From Octopus sinensis (taxonomy: Eukaryota), in assembly GCF_006345805.1 (NCBI RefSeq), contig NC_043000.1:143902001-143966000 (forward strand): 64,000 bases of DNA, given 5' to 3'. The translations under genes and the position numbers were made by a program. The notes below the pieces were generated by a model, which made no database searches, had not been told where the DNA came from, and saw only the letters and a list, made by a program, of their open reading frames with translations. Positions 13,697 through 27,884 of the stretch are shown one piece after another. The first letter of the stretch is position 1, and each line of letters starts with the position of its first letter.

Positions 13697-13911
13697 TACT
13701 CTTTTACGCTTTTACTTGTTTCAGTCATTTGACTGCGGCCATGCTGGAGCACCGCCTTTAATCGAGCAACTCGAACCCGGGACTTATTCTTTTTTGTAAG
13801 CCCAGTGCTTATTCTATCGGCCTCTTTTGCCGAACCGCTAAGTAACGGGGACATAAACACACCAACATCGGTTGTCAAGCAATGCAAAGGGGGACAAACA
13901 TAGACACACAA

Positions 13912-13967
<56 letters not shown>

Positions 13968-14151
13968 TATATATATATACATATATACGACGGGCTTCTT
14001 TCAGTTTCCGTCTACCAAATCCACTCACAAGGTTTTGGTCGGCCCGAGGCTATAGTAGAAGACACTTGCCCAAGGTGCCACGCAGTGGGACTGAACCTGG
14101 AACCATGTGGTTGGTAAACAAGCTATTTACCACACAGCCGCTCCTGCGCCT
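13697..14151 (-). mobile_element. tRNA-derived SINE, family A (GGCGCAGGAGTGGCTGTGTGG head), full length, with internal (TA)n/(TG)n tract
   Basis: tRNA-like head with A/B boxes (TGGCTGTGTGG; GGTTCAGTCCC) and 3' end CAGTCAAATGACTGAAACAAGTAAAAG. Closely similar to the copies at 49.3, 51.7 and 58.3 kb. Confidence 0.9.
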
Positions 14152-14544
14152 ATAAGTGCATGAGACATGCCAATTTGGCTCACGTACACGCACACTCACA
14201 CTCGCACACACACGCATACACACATACACACACTCATACAAGTTAGAGACTGTCGAGTTTGAAATTTAAGTGTCAAGCTTGAATTTTGAAAGGAAAGTCT
14301 ACACTTATGTGATTGATCGTCAGATGTATTGAGGCAATCATTTGAAAGAAAATAAGATTTGGCCAGTTGAACTCTGCTTTCAGGGTGGTCATAAACATTT
14401 AAGTGCCTACTTTGCCCTTCCATGTAAAAACTGAATGGTCATTATAAGAAGTGCAAAGATGCATACATGCACACATTAACTTGCAGACGCACATATATGT
14501 ATACAATATATCGTATACTCGTCTAAATAATATGTGAATACGTT

Positions 14545-14612
<68 letters not shown>

Positions 14613-14620
14613 TATATGTA

Positions 14621-14712
<92 letters not shown>

Positions 14713-17700
14713 CACATACACACAAGACACGCATATTACCATTTTGCTTGGACTCATACAATATACCATGTACCTATGTGTATATGTGTATGTGTATATA
14801 TATCACACATATGTATATATTTGCTTTCCCTGGTGTAAAACCAATGATGGTTTTAATACTTAACAGTTCGTTTAAAATGGATCAATAAAATTAGCAATAT
14901 TTTAAAGTAATGTGAACATGCTTTTACAAAAGGGTGTTGGTAAAATTGACTGAGCTTAGTCTAAGTGGTACGCTAGCTTGGCCACGATCCATATCTGCAG
15001 CTATTAAAATAACAAATTAACAATGGCACTAACGTTATATTTGTTGAAGTTGTCAGCATATGACTTTAAACGCATGAACGAGGCATTCGTATCTTGTCAC
15101 CGATGCTGCTCTGCGTTCGTGATTAAATGAATTAGCTCTGAATGACCACTTCGGCTAAATCTACATTAGCGGCCTCACAAGGATAGTGTCGAAATGTGTA
15201 AACAGTTGTAACACTATGGGATTAGCAGGATGTGAGTTAGTTCACAGTGTTAATAAAATCCTTCTGTGAGTTTATCATGCACATGCTCTTAGCACCTATG
15301 TAATGGCTGACTTTAAAATTAAGTCTTTCTTGGTGCCTTACTGCTTAATGGATTATGTGTTACATCATATTCAGAACATTTAAACATTGATCTCCCAGAA
15401 ATATATGTTGCAAAAGTATGTATTTTTGCAATATCTTTGTTCCCCTAACAATGTGCGTCTGTGCGTGCGTGAGTGTGTGTGTGCGTGCGTGCGTGTGTGT
15501 GTGTAACACTTTCAAACAGAATGACTCTTTCAGTAAGTCAAAACAGAAAAAAAATATGTTCATCTCATTGCTGTTGTAACCTAACCTTAACTGAAGTCTC
15601 GTCGGGCAGATGTATGAAACAACGCATTCCAGCTTCTCCATGCCATCTTACTATGGGAAATCGGAGAGTAAATGATTTCCTATTCATCTAAAATTAAAAC
15701 TATTTCATAGAAACATGACTGTTATTTCTAGCATACACAACTACCTTGACGATACAGTTGTATTTATAAGATATTTATGTATAGGTGTGTGTGTGTATTT
15801 ATCTGTAAATATTTTTAGACAAACATCATTGCATGAAAAGAAGGATAGCATGCCCGATCATGGTGATGCCTGCTTATTGGTAACATTTGCGAATTAACAG
15901 CCCTGTCCTGCCCTAACACTCGTATGATGGGCACCGCTCTAGTGTACATAAAATCGTCATTCTTAAGACATAAATCATTGATAAAATACGATATGTTGAC
16001 GCATCGATTAGTTTTACTTGTATTTCTGAAACGGCTAAAAGGCTAACTGCACTTGAAAATGTGTTTATCAGAAAATCATTGCTCTTGGTGATCAAATCTC
16101 ATCAAAGAGAAATGTTGTACGGGAATAGATTATCGATCATTCGGTTTTGGCCAGCATTTTCAGTGCCAAAAACAATCTAGGTAAGTGGTCATGCAAACCC
16201 TATTGTATTTTCTACATATGAAAATAAACTCACTTAGTGTTGGTCTGACCTTACATCGGCAATATGTTTCTATGCTGTTGCTGTTAAATCTTATGCAGCA
16301 AATTCACTATATTGATGTCGTGGGTTAAGACAATAATTTCTTAAAATAAAGATGAGGTCAAAATCAAATGTATCTTTGCAAGTTAAAACTTCAAATAATA
16401 ATTATGATGTCTTTTGGATTCCGTTCAAAATCTCTATAGTGGTGACGAGGGGAAAATTACATTCAGCTACTTTCGAGCTTTTCCAAGGGAATTTTAAATG
16501 CGAGATGAAATAAAACTACATTATAACTCCAGGTTGCCTGCTCATTATCCTTTACTCTATATCGCCTGCCATGCTTGATAATGATATATTTAAGAGAAAG
16601 GGAATTACAACAGTGATGCATCCAACTAACAATGATCTTTTCCTTGCTCTGGCACTGGGCCACAAATGCATTGGTGATGTGTAAATTCGATTACACATAG
16701 TGTTTTAGAGTGTTATTTCCATCTTCATAATTTGAGGTGCGGAAAATTCCCTTTGCTATACATGTAATGGATATTCAGGTATAGATATTTTCTATACATG
16801 TAATGGATATTGAAGCAATGGAACAGAACATTTCAAAATGGAAAATATGTGAGTCGATGCCTTTCAGCATGCAAAAATATTGGATAAACTAATCCTTATC
16901 TTAAAGATCCGTACCGATTAATTTACTTTCAAAGATAAATATGTGCTAAGTGTAGTTCACGACCCGGCTTTGCGTCTTAGTTTCATAAAATACGGGTCTT
17001 TTAAAGCAAACTTACTTGGTGTTTACTTCATGCAAAGTTTCTCAATTTTACTTTCAAGTTACTTCTATATATACTGTTAGTCGTATCTGATATAGTTTTG
17101 TGTTTAATTATACGCAGTTCCATATATTAGATATTTTTAAAAGGATTTATTTTATTAAAAAAAGATTTGTAACACATTTGCCTTTTCAGAAAATAGGAGA
17201 AATGCTTATACTTTTGTCCTGGGGTCCATACAAGTATGTGACAAGCATGTATTGAAGTTGAACCAGTCAATTATATTTACCCCTATAAATTGATGGCATT
17301 CTGCCAAAACAAAAATCAATACCTATATTCAATTTTGCTTTTAATTATGAAATAAGGTAGAATATATAACAATTTCAGTTGAAAAACATTCTGTTAGTTG
17401 ATAAATTATTATTGAAAAAAAAAGCTATAATAATAAACATAGACAATAAAAAACGTTACTGTAAATGAAGTGAAAATAAAATGGATGTACTTAAAACAAT
17501 ATATTAAAAGATTCGATACTTCTAAATTTGATATAATATTTCAATAAATAACAATGATTAGATTTTCTCTGAGATAAGAGGCTTCTAGACGATAGTTTTA
17601 GTAAACAAACAGTACATTATGGTTTTCATGTTCTACGTAGAGACTCGGAATAGCTGAAGATAATTAAAATTCTAAAAATTGATTATGGAATATAAGGTAT

Positions 17701-18124
17701 TCGAAAACAAACGGAACTCGATTAAGAGTATAATAAATAACACTAGATACACTGTAGTGGATAATAAATTGCTACAAGCATAAATATTGATATTTTACAT
17801 TATTGTTTTGATATTATGTTGGATAGAAAGTTTGGAGGCGGATGGCCTTAATCCAGGTTTTCAACATGCTGTGTCTATAATGTACTTTACGTTCAGATAT
17901 CGTTATTCACCTAGATCAGTGGTATCCACTTTCTTTGGCTCAGAGTCCCCGTTCACTATATACCGTTTTACAGTCAATCCTTTCACAAAAAGATAAAATT
18001 AAAAAGTAGTTTTATCATACTGAAAGTTGATAATTTTATGCCAGTGAGAGTGATGGATTCAAGTATTATATACATACATGTGCATGTATGTGTGCATGTG
18101 TGTATGTATATGTGTGTTTATGTC

Positions 18125-18540
18125 TTTTATCTTTCATTTTCCATAGTCAATAGCCTACGGTCATGCTGGGGCATCGCTTGAAATTTTTTTTAGTCGAATG
18201 GATACACACAAGCATTTTAATTTTGTAGCATGATATTTACTTTACATCTAAGCTAGAGGGACGTAAACGCATTGACACCAGTTGTCAAGCGACTGCGGAC
18301 AAACACAATCACGTACTAAGGCACGCACGCACACATGTACGTGTGCACATACACACGCACAGACACATATACACCCACGCGCACACACACACACACACGC
18401 ACGCACATATGCTACTGGATTCTTTCAGTATTCGGTTACCAGATCCATTTGTTATGGTTTGGTAACCGCACGGGAGGCTATTGTAGTCTGGAACTGTATT
18501 CCCTACCATGCGATGGAGAACCAAACACACGCACTTCTGC
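18125..18540 (-). mobile_element. Heavily diverged family-A-like SINE
   Basis: Residual GGTCATGCTGGGGCA, GGGACGTAAAC..GTTGTCAAGC and TTCTTTCAGT..ACCAGATCC blocks, in the same order as family A. Confidence 0.5.
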
Positions 18541-18560
18541 GCCTACACACAAACTCAAAC

Positions 18561-18638
<78 letters not shown>

Positions 18639-18639
<1 letters not shown>

Positions 18640-19934
18640 CTTTCAAATATATTTATGCATTAACACACACACAAGCACAGATAGACTTCATATTTCGGTA
18701 AAATATGCGAGGAATTTATTGTATTTTATCCCTGAATTATAATTATATAACCTCATAACCTCAGTATTCTTCATCACAATAACAAACGGAATTAGTTGTT
18801 CATATTCCCTTTTATTTTAATTTTTTAAACTTATTTTATTTTAATTCTAAAACTCGCTTTCATATACACTATTCATTCCATTATAAATGTACCTTAATAA
18901 ATAAGCCATTAGATACCATCGAATTATTCATTCATAATATTCTGTATTTCAACGTATTTAATCGTCTAATAAAATACTCACTTCATGACTTAGAAAGAAC
19001 CATGATAATTTAAATGAATTCTTTGACTATTTTATCATTCAACTCTGATTTCCCTAAGAATGAAGAAATACTCGAAATAAAAGTAAATAAAAGAAAATGT
19101 ATCTATTCCTCTTCAAGTTCTATTTAATTACATGCATTAATCTATTCATTAATGTCTAATTAACGATGTGTGAAAAGTGGTAGGCTCTTCAATAGCGGAA
19201 TAGTGGAATAATTGAAAGTAAATTTTTCTCCGTTTGCAAAGATAGAATAGGACACATAAGAGAAGAGACGAGGATTTATATAAATAGATCTGTGCACCAC
19301 AGCCGAAGCCTATCTTACTAAAAGAGAACTTTAACCACAAATAAGGTAAAGTTAGTTCTTTTCAAGGGTATGAGTTCAATTCGCACCGCAGGTGAATATA
19401 GCCTGCAGAAGAATATTGAGAGTGAAGAATATAAACACACGTCATTGAACTATGATAGATACATTCAGAGTTTTCAGAAAATTGCATATCATAAAGGTTT
19501 GTCGACATTTTATATTTATGATTACAGCAACTGCTCAAACAAGGGTCAACCGTTGGACATTTCTTTGTATTAAGCATGTGCAAAGAAGTGACATGAATTT
19601 TATATGCATACAGAATTCCTATATGTAAATATCATACGAAGTTCATTATTGCAGGAAATGAGGCTTGCAAATCATTAGAACTTCATTTTTTTTCTTCATG
19701 CAATTCTTTTAAATTATTCAGATGCGCATATCACTCAATCATGCACATGCACACGCGATGGACTCTCCCGTCGAAGACGACCTATGGATTTTCATATATA
19801 TATATGAACGTTATGAAAGTTCAAGGAGGGGTAGAAGACAGATTAGTTTATCATCCTCCTAGTACGGCTAATACATATTCAAATTCAATAGTTTGAATAT
19901 GTGCTTATATATATACACACACACACACACACAC

Positions 19935-19972
<38 letters not shown>

Positions 19973-21236
19973 CTTTCAAATATATTTATGCATTAACACA
20001 CACACAAGCACAGATAGACTTCATATTTCGGTAAAATATGCGAGGAATTTATTGTATTTTATCCCTGAATTATAATTATATAACCTCATAACCTCAGTAT
20101 TCTTCATCACAATAACAACGGAATTAGTTGTTCATATTCCCTTTTATTTTAATTTTTTAAACTTATTTTATTTTAATTCTAAAACTCGCTTTCATATACA
20201 CTATTCATTCCATTATAAATGTACCTAATAAATAAGCCATTAGATACCATCGAATTATTCATTCATAATATTCTGTATTTCAACGTATTTAATCGTCTAA
20301 TAAAATACTCACTTCATGACTTAGAAAGAACCATGATAATTTAAATGAATTCTTTGACTATTTTATCATTCAACTCTGATTTCCCTAAGAATGAAGAAAT
20401 ACTCGAAATAAAAGTAAATAAAAGAAAATGTATCTATTCCTCTTCAAGTTCTATTTAATTACATGCATTAATCTATTCATTAATGTCTAATTAACGATGT
20501 GTGAAAAGTGGTAGGCTCTTCAATAGCGGAATAGTGGAATAATTGAAAGTAAATTTTTCTCCGTTTGCAAAGATAGAATAGGACACATAAGAGAAGAGAC
20601 GAGGATTTATATAAATAGATCTGTGCACCACAGCCGAAGCCTATCTTACTAAAAGAGAACTTTAACCACAAATAAGGTAAAGTTAGTTCTTTTCAAGGTA
20701 TGAGTTCAATTCGCACCGCAGGTGAATATAGCCTGCAGAAGAATATTGAGAGTGAAGAATATAAACACACGTCATTGAACTATGATAGATACATTCAGAG
20801 TTTTCAGAAAATTGCATATCATAAAGGTTGTCGACATTTTATATTTATGATTACAGCAACTGCTCAAACAAGGGTCAACCGTTGGACATTTCTTTGTATT
20901 AAGCATGTGCAAAGAAGTGACATGAATTTTATATGCATACAGAATTCCTATATGTAAATATCATACGAAGTTCATTATTGCAGGAAATGAGGCTTGCAAA
21001 TCATTAGAACTTCATTTTTTTTCTTCATGCAATTCTTTTAAATTATTCAGATGCGCATATCACTCAATCATGCACATGCACACGCGATGGACTCTCCCGT
21101 CGAAGACGACCTATGGATTTTCATATATATATATATGAACGTTATGAAAGTTCAAGGAGGGGTAGAAGACAGATTAGTTTATCATCCTCCTAGTACGGCT
21201 AATACATATTCAAATTCAATAGTTTGAATATGTGCT

Positions 21237-21245
<9 letters not shown>
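18639..21245. repeat. Tandem duplication, two ~1.33 kb near-identical units (18639-~19915 and 19972-~21245)
   Basis: Both units start TACTTTCAAATATATTTATGCATTAAC and end AATAGTTTGAATATGTGCTTAT. The identical 63-aa chance ORF occurs at 19149 and 20480. Junctions lie inside (CA)n(TA)n tracts. Confidence 0.95.
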
Positions 21246-21286
<41 letters not shown>

Positions 21287-22263
21287 CTGCTTGTGTGTGT
21301 TTGTGCTCAACCAGTGATGAACTATTGTCATATTGCCGTAAATTTACAAGGTGATAAAGTGTTAGAATAGAAATCTGCTTGACATCTATCAGGAAGATTT
21401 ATATTCCTAATGTTCTTAAATATGAGTTGAAATTCTACCTTCATCCTTATGTATTGCTTTGTTACACAAGCGTCTAAATATGTATAACAATAATATTTCT
21501 TGATGTTATCGCCTTTAATTTCAGACAGTCGTGACGATAGATCACATCTGTAATGCAATGAAGGTTATCTTTAAACAATATATTATTGTTTGTATGATTA
21601 TGGACACACAATAAACATTTCGAACCTGTATCAATTTCTTAAAGCAAAAAAACATAAATATATAAAAATGATAACAGGCTTAAACTTCTTAAATATTTTC
21701 AAGCACTCTCACCCACTGGAAATATTCAAAAATCTAACAATACATCTACTCATTGTTTATTCCGTATTCCTTCCTTTTATGAAAACTATCATCCTATATT
21801 ATCATTTAAATTTTGTATGAGACGATTTGGTTATACATTTACATGAATGAAACTTAACTAGATATATGATATCTCGATTCTTTGATAATTTGATAGATCA
21901 CAACGTGAAGTATCGCAAAGCGTGCCTACGAAATATTCAGGACAGGTCCTTCACTATATTGCTTGCAGCCTACAATTTAAAGTGCTACATACTACTACAC
22001 CAACAGCGTACATACACATACGCAAACACATCAACGCACAGACACATCCACACACTCCCACACACTCCACACACCCACAACTCCCACGCTCCGTACAAAT
22101 ACACACACAAGCAAACATATATATATAGTTAATCCAAACAAGAAAGCACAAAACACAACAACGCGAGGACGTGGAACAAATATAGTATTATTGGACGCTC
22201 TTCGTCGGAAACATAGGAGAAGGAAAGATCCAGAGAAGTGTATGTATATACTTTTCTCTTTTC

Positions 22264-22906
22264 TACTCTAGGCACAAGGCCCGGCATTTTCAGGGAGGTG
22301 GGGGCACTCGATTACATTGACTCCACTACGTAACTGGTACTTAATTTATCGACCCCGAAAGGATGAAAGGCAAAGTCGACATCAGCGGAATTTGAACTCA
22401 GAACGTAGCGGCAGACGAACTACCTATTTCTTTACTACCCACAAGGTGCTAAACACAGAAAGGACAAAGAAGGACAGACAAACAGATTCAAGTCGATTAT
22501 ATCGACCCCTGTGCGTAACTGATACTTATTTAATCGACCCCGAAAGGGTGAAAAGGCAAAGTCGACCTCGGCGGAATTTGAACTCAGTATGTAGCGGCAG
22601 GCGAAATACGGCTACGCATTTCGCCCAGCGTGCAAAAGTCTCTGCCAGCTCGCCGCTTTCTTAGACGATTAACCTATTTCTTTACTACCCACAAGAGGCT
22701 AAACACCGAAAAGACAAACAAGGACAGACAAATGGATTAAGTCGATTACATCGACTCCAGTGCGTAACTGGTGCTTAATTTATCGACCCTCAAATGGATG
22801 ACAGGCTAAGTCGACCTCGGCGGAATTTGAACTCAGAAGGTAATGACAGACAAAAAACCGCTTAGCATTTCGCCCGGCGTGCTAATGATTCTGCCAGCTC
22901 GCCGCC
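22264..22906 (-). mobile_element. Head-to-tail cluster of three family-B SINEs (22264-22420, 22421-22657, 22671-22906)
   Basis: Three successive TTTATCGACCC..AAAGTCGAC.TC.GCGGAATTTGAACTCAG blocks; two retain the CTGCCAGCTCGCC head. Confidence 0.9.
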
Positions 22907-22912
22907 TTCCTA

Positions 22913-23165
<253 letters not shown>

Positions 23166-26100
23166 AATATATGCACGTATATATTATATAAATTATATAT
23201 GTATGCGTGTTTTAGGACAAATATCATAAAAATATATATGTTTTTGTTTTCATCCTGTATAAGTCGATATTAGTTCCTCCGAATTAATAACTATAGTCAT
23301 ATTCATTATTTCTTTTCCACATTAGTTTATGAGAAATATAGTTTTAAGTAGCATTCTATGCTAAAGCATTTGATACTGTTGCAAAATATATTCTCCAATA
23401 CTTATATTTCCTCATAAACCTGCATTAAATCTAGCATACGTTATCTTTATAATCTCGATTTATTTGACATTGTGCATTTATTTCTCTTACGGCTAGCATC
23501 TATTCACACTTAACGCCGCCTCTCTTAATTTATTCTTCTCGTGTGTTCGAGAAATACATTAGTTTTTTCTTTCTTAATATGACATAGGACCATTCACTTA
23601 TCGCAAACATACTTCCAGTTTTCACCACCAATATAAGAAATAATTATTTATAAAATTTTAGTCTAGTACCACACTTTCTTACGTCCACCATGTAATGGAT
23701 GTTTTAAGAGATTACTCCCGGGTATTGTATGATATCCTTCACATATATAGTTGTTATTGTTGCTAAACTGATTGTGGCTTTGTTGAAATCTATCATATAT
23801 GTTGGGAGTGGTGTACAGGTGACATTGCGAAAGACGTTAAAGCAAACAGACACGATCAGCAAAGACAGAAATTGCATAAAATTGTGATTGTTGTAAATGG
23901 AGCAGCAGCAGTAGCTGCATAGCTATGGTTTTTGGTATTACTATCAGCATTGTCATTAGTACCGCCAAACACAGACGGTGCAGTAATTGAAGCTTTCTGC
24001 AAAGGAAGCAGAATAACATTCCCGCTACCACTTCCACATTCAAAACAGCTGTAGCAGTAGGAGGAATAGTTGGATGCATATAGAAACAATATGAACACGG
24101 GATTGTGAGAAGAAAGCAACAAATAACGTGCAAATCTAAGAAGGCAAAGATATCTGAAGTAAGTCCAAGTATGATCTTCTGAAAGAAGTAAGAATTAAAA
24201 ATATAAAATCAACTGAAAGATGAATGAAACATGAAGAAAATTTAAAGTTAAGAAATAAGGTATGAATTGACAGAACGAAAGAGAGAAATAGCTGAAGAAT
24301 GTGGCACAGCAAGATGCCTGACAACAGAGAGAATACGACATAGAAAGAAAGAAGGGATTTGTGTTTTTGAGGAACGAATAAGATTACGAATAAATAAAAG
24401 GCATGTGTAAATGAACTAAAACATATGTGAAAAGTTTCCTGCGTGTGAGTGTGTGTATGTTTGCACAAATAATCTAGGGAAAAATATAAGAGCTAAAGAC
24501 GAATGAAATGCTTTAGGATACAATAAAATACACTACAGTGTAATATAAGGGAAGAAGGATGCAATGATGAATGGGATTAAGAACGAGGGAAGGAATGAAG
24601 TAATATTATCACAGACAAGGAGAGAAGAATAGGAGAGAACCAATGATGAATAAAACGAAAACAATGTCAAAAAAGGTGACAAAAACGAATGAAGACAAAA
24701 TGGAAAAAGAAGGAATACATAAATGAAATAAATGACAAGGGAATAAATACATGAAATTTTCATCGATAAGAGTAGGAATTTACTGTTGAAGTTCATGGTT
24801 TTCGACATATGTAGTGAAACTACGAATAAACAGGGTATATGTTCCATGAGAAAATATACCCTGATTGTATAATGTTCATGAATGATTAGCAATATTCTAA
24901 TCATACCAGAGGCCTATATTACTCCCACTTATTTTCATCAATGAATATCTGTGGCAACCATAGCTTTGCACCATCGACACTATTACTAGTGCCATCGAGA
25001 TGGCTACCACCAAGATGTAGAGTGTCGATACTGATATTGTGTGCGACATTAACATTTCCAGGAATCATTTGCCTTGGACCTGTAATTTATTTATCGACTC
25101 TGAACTGATTACAAGGAAGCTGACGACGGTAGCACTTGGACTGAGAGCGCAGAAAACCGAAATAAATATGTCCCCGTCATTGTACCCCACATAATAACGA
25201 GCTTAAATTTTGCATAGTAAATCATGCTTGACTATATTTTGTCATGATTACTTATTGCTATCCGAGAAGGAAACAATCTCTATTTCTGTAAAGTGAATTG
25301 TAGAACGGTATCTACTTGATAATGGTTTCCTTATTTAATAACAACGATTTCTTTATTGAAATCTGCTAGATAATGAGATAAGATAATAATAACTCCGGCG
25401 GTATTAGAACCAAAGTCTGAGATATAATAATTTGTCACTTCACATAATAAAGGATTCGAAAACAATTAATTCGAGACGTTATTCCATTTCCAGTTCATCG
25501 TCGTATGAAATCTTTCTTAAGCCATCATTATTCCTCAAGTCCTGACCCATTTTCAAAAGTGGGCGACATATTTAAGATTCATTGTGTAGAATATTTAATT
25601 CACTTCAACTATTTATTTTAGAGTCATTTAGCAAAATGTTTGCGTAAGTGTGGTGTAAGCAGTCATGAATGCAATTGGGATCTCAGAACAAATAAGGGCG
25701 AAAGCTGTTTGTGGGTGATATGTATCAACAATCTTAAATTTCTTAGGAGAATGAACAGGAAAATATGAACTTTCTGCATCTCCTAAAAGTGGCACTGTTC
25801 CGAGTAAAACAAGTTGAAAGATTTATTTCTAGATCAGCAATATAGATCAGTAATATAAATCTTATAAAAGACTCATTAAAATATATATGAGAAATATAGC
25901 TGTCACTTATTTTCCGAGGAGTTTGTTCAATCGATGAGTATATAACTGGTATTAGTCATATAAGTAGCTTCAGGAATAATGTTAATTGCGGTTCCAATGA
26001 GAATTGATCTCAGTAATTAGAGGGTCGAAATGTAATAATATTCGCATTTATTCCAACGTTATAGAAATCATTCCACTTCACAACACGTAGTTTAACTGAA

Positions 26101-27130
26101 GGTATTCTGTCCGATGTCATACAGCTTTTGATATCCACCTCCCACTTCATTCAATAACGAAACATATTTATTTCTATGCTTGATTTGCTGTATTTCCCAC
26201 CAAACTTCCAATTTGCATCCCATTGTCTTCTCTGTCTATGGAACGAAGATTCAATAAGCAGATTTCAAGCTGTAACAATGTAGCTTTATAACACACAGAT
26301 CAATAAAATCATTGCTAATTTACATAACGATTCAGAGAAAGAGAACGGCCGTTCAGAAGAAAAAAGAAGAATCAGACAATATGTTTCATACTATTTAATT
26401 TCACGATTCAAGTTCTTAAGCTCAAATCCCAACATTCATTAATGATTCCTATTTTATCGATCCCATGAGAGAATATATAATACGGACTATTGCTACTTCT
26501 AAATCGTGGTAATCGAATGCACCCTTTTGGCACTTATAAACAAGATATTGTGTTTAAGAAACAAAATTATTATTAGCATAAATTCTTTGTGGCAGCAGTT
26601 GAATGGCTGAGAGTAGAGTGCAGTAAGAGGTTAATACACTAATGTTTATTGGAATTCATTTAGTTCTTTCATGTTTTATGTATCTGTATTACAATCGCTG
26701 TAGAAAATGTTGAAACTTTATTGGAAGACTGATCCTTATACGCAATCCGAGAATTATATACGTTTTGATGAAGGTATACGAATTAAGTGTTGGAGTTTTG
26801 TGGAATGGGTAGATTGATCTACGGTATATTATTACTCTTATATGTATATTTTAAGGAAGGTGTCTGTTTTTCTCGACCATTTAACATAATCGATGTAACT
26901 CAGTAATATAGACAAGTATTATGGTGGTATACCTAAGAGAATAATGTACTCCACCAGAATAATTTTCCACTCCAAGTGTGTTCTTTAATTGTACTGCTGA
27001 ACTATGAGGCCCCGATAAAAATCACAAAAAAATAACATAATTACAAAACGCATGCATTTTACAAACACGAATGTAATATAGTGCATCTTACATGTGTGTG
27101 TGTGTGTGTGTGGTGTGTGTGTGTGTGTGT

Positions 27131-27182
<52 letters not shown>

Positions 27183-27640
27183 TGTGTGGAGTCCAACCTG
27201 CAATTCAATAGTATCATAAAAACAGAAAGAACTGCTTTTTAGTAGTTTTCATTGCGTTAAAACCGGGAACGTTGAAGTGGAAATATTCACGACTTTTAAA
27301 GATTTAATCGAAAGTTTAAAATTTCGACATGTAACCGGCAAGAAATTTCATTCGATACATCTTCAAAGTTGTATTTTTTTAAAATTTGTTTTTCCTTGAT
27401 TTTGATTAGCTTTAGCTCACCTTTCATGAAGCATATTTTGAGATACTGTATCTATATTTTATCTTAATGGTTCGTCATTTTCTAAGATAATCCTTCGGAG
27501 AATGAGGTTGCAATTTTCGCATACCGCTTATATATACACGCGTATACATATACATACATGTATAGCTATCTAACTAAACACACACATATACACATATACA
27601 TGTATGTGTGTGTGTGTCTATGTGTGTGTGTCTGTGAGTT

Positions 27641-27704
<64 letters not shown>

Positions 27705-27884
27705 ATGTTATTAATAAAATTTAGGAGTATCTTTTCCCTTCACCAAAGTGGATGGAGCTTTGGTCAGGAACATTTGATGTCATTAGACGTATCTAAAGAT
27801 TAGTAGGTGTATCAGCTTTAAATCGTTGCAACTTATTATTAGTTAGCAGAGTTGGCAAAATCAGCGTTCATCATTTCCTCCTGA

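Noticed and set aside
14399-14888. Overlapping 66-120 aa ORFs rich in YI/ER/HT/CV repeats (also at 911, 18282, 22991, 39762, 40306, 43125, 44114 and many others)
   Set aside because: These are translations of (TA)n, (GA)n and (CA)n microsatellites, which lack stop codons by construction.
17787-17996. ORF with a signal-peptide-like start
   Set aside because: It starts at TTG, which is not a normal eukaryotic start. The hydrophobicity reflects T-rich sequence, and there is no splice support.
18316-18325. TAAGGCACGC, matching the first 10 nt of miR-124
   Set aside because: It continues into a (CACG)n/(CA)n repeat, with no mature-sequence match and no hairpin.
22264-22906. Regularly recurring ~40-bp blocks that could look like a CRISPR array
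   Set aside because: The context is eukaryotic, the 'spacers' are homologous SINE bodies, and there are no cas genes.
23837-24904. Cluster of 88-123 aa minus-strand hydrophobic ORFs
   Set aside because: The plus strand is low-complexity A/G-rich sequence, so the reverse frames are stop-poor and Phe/Leu/Ser-rich.
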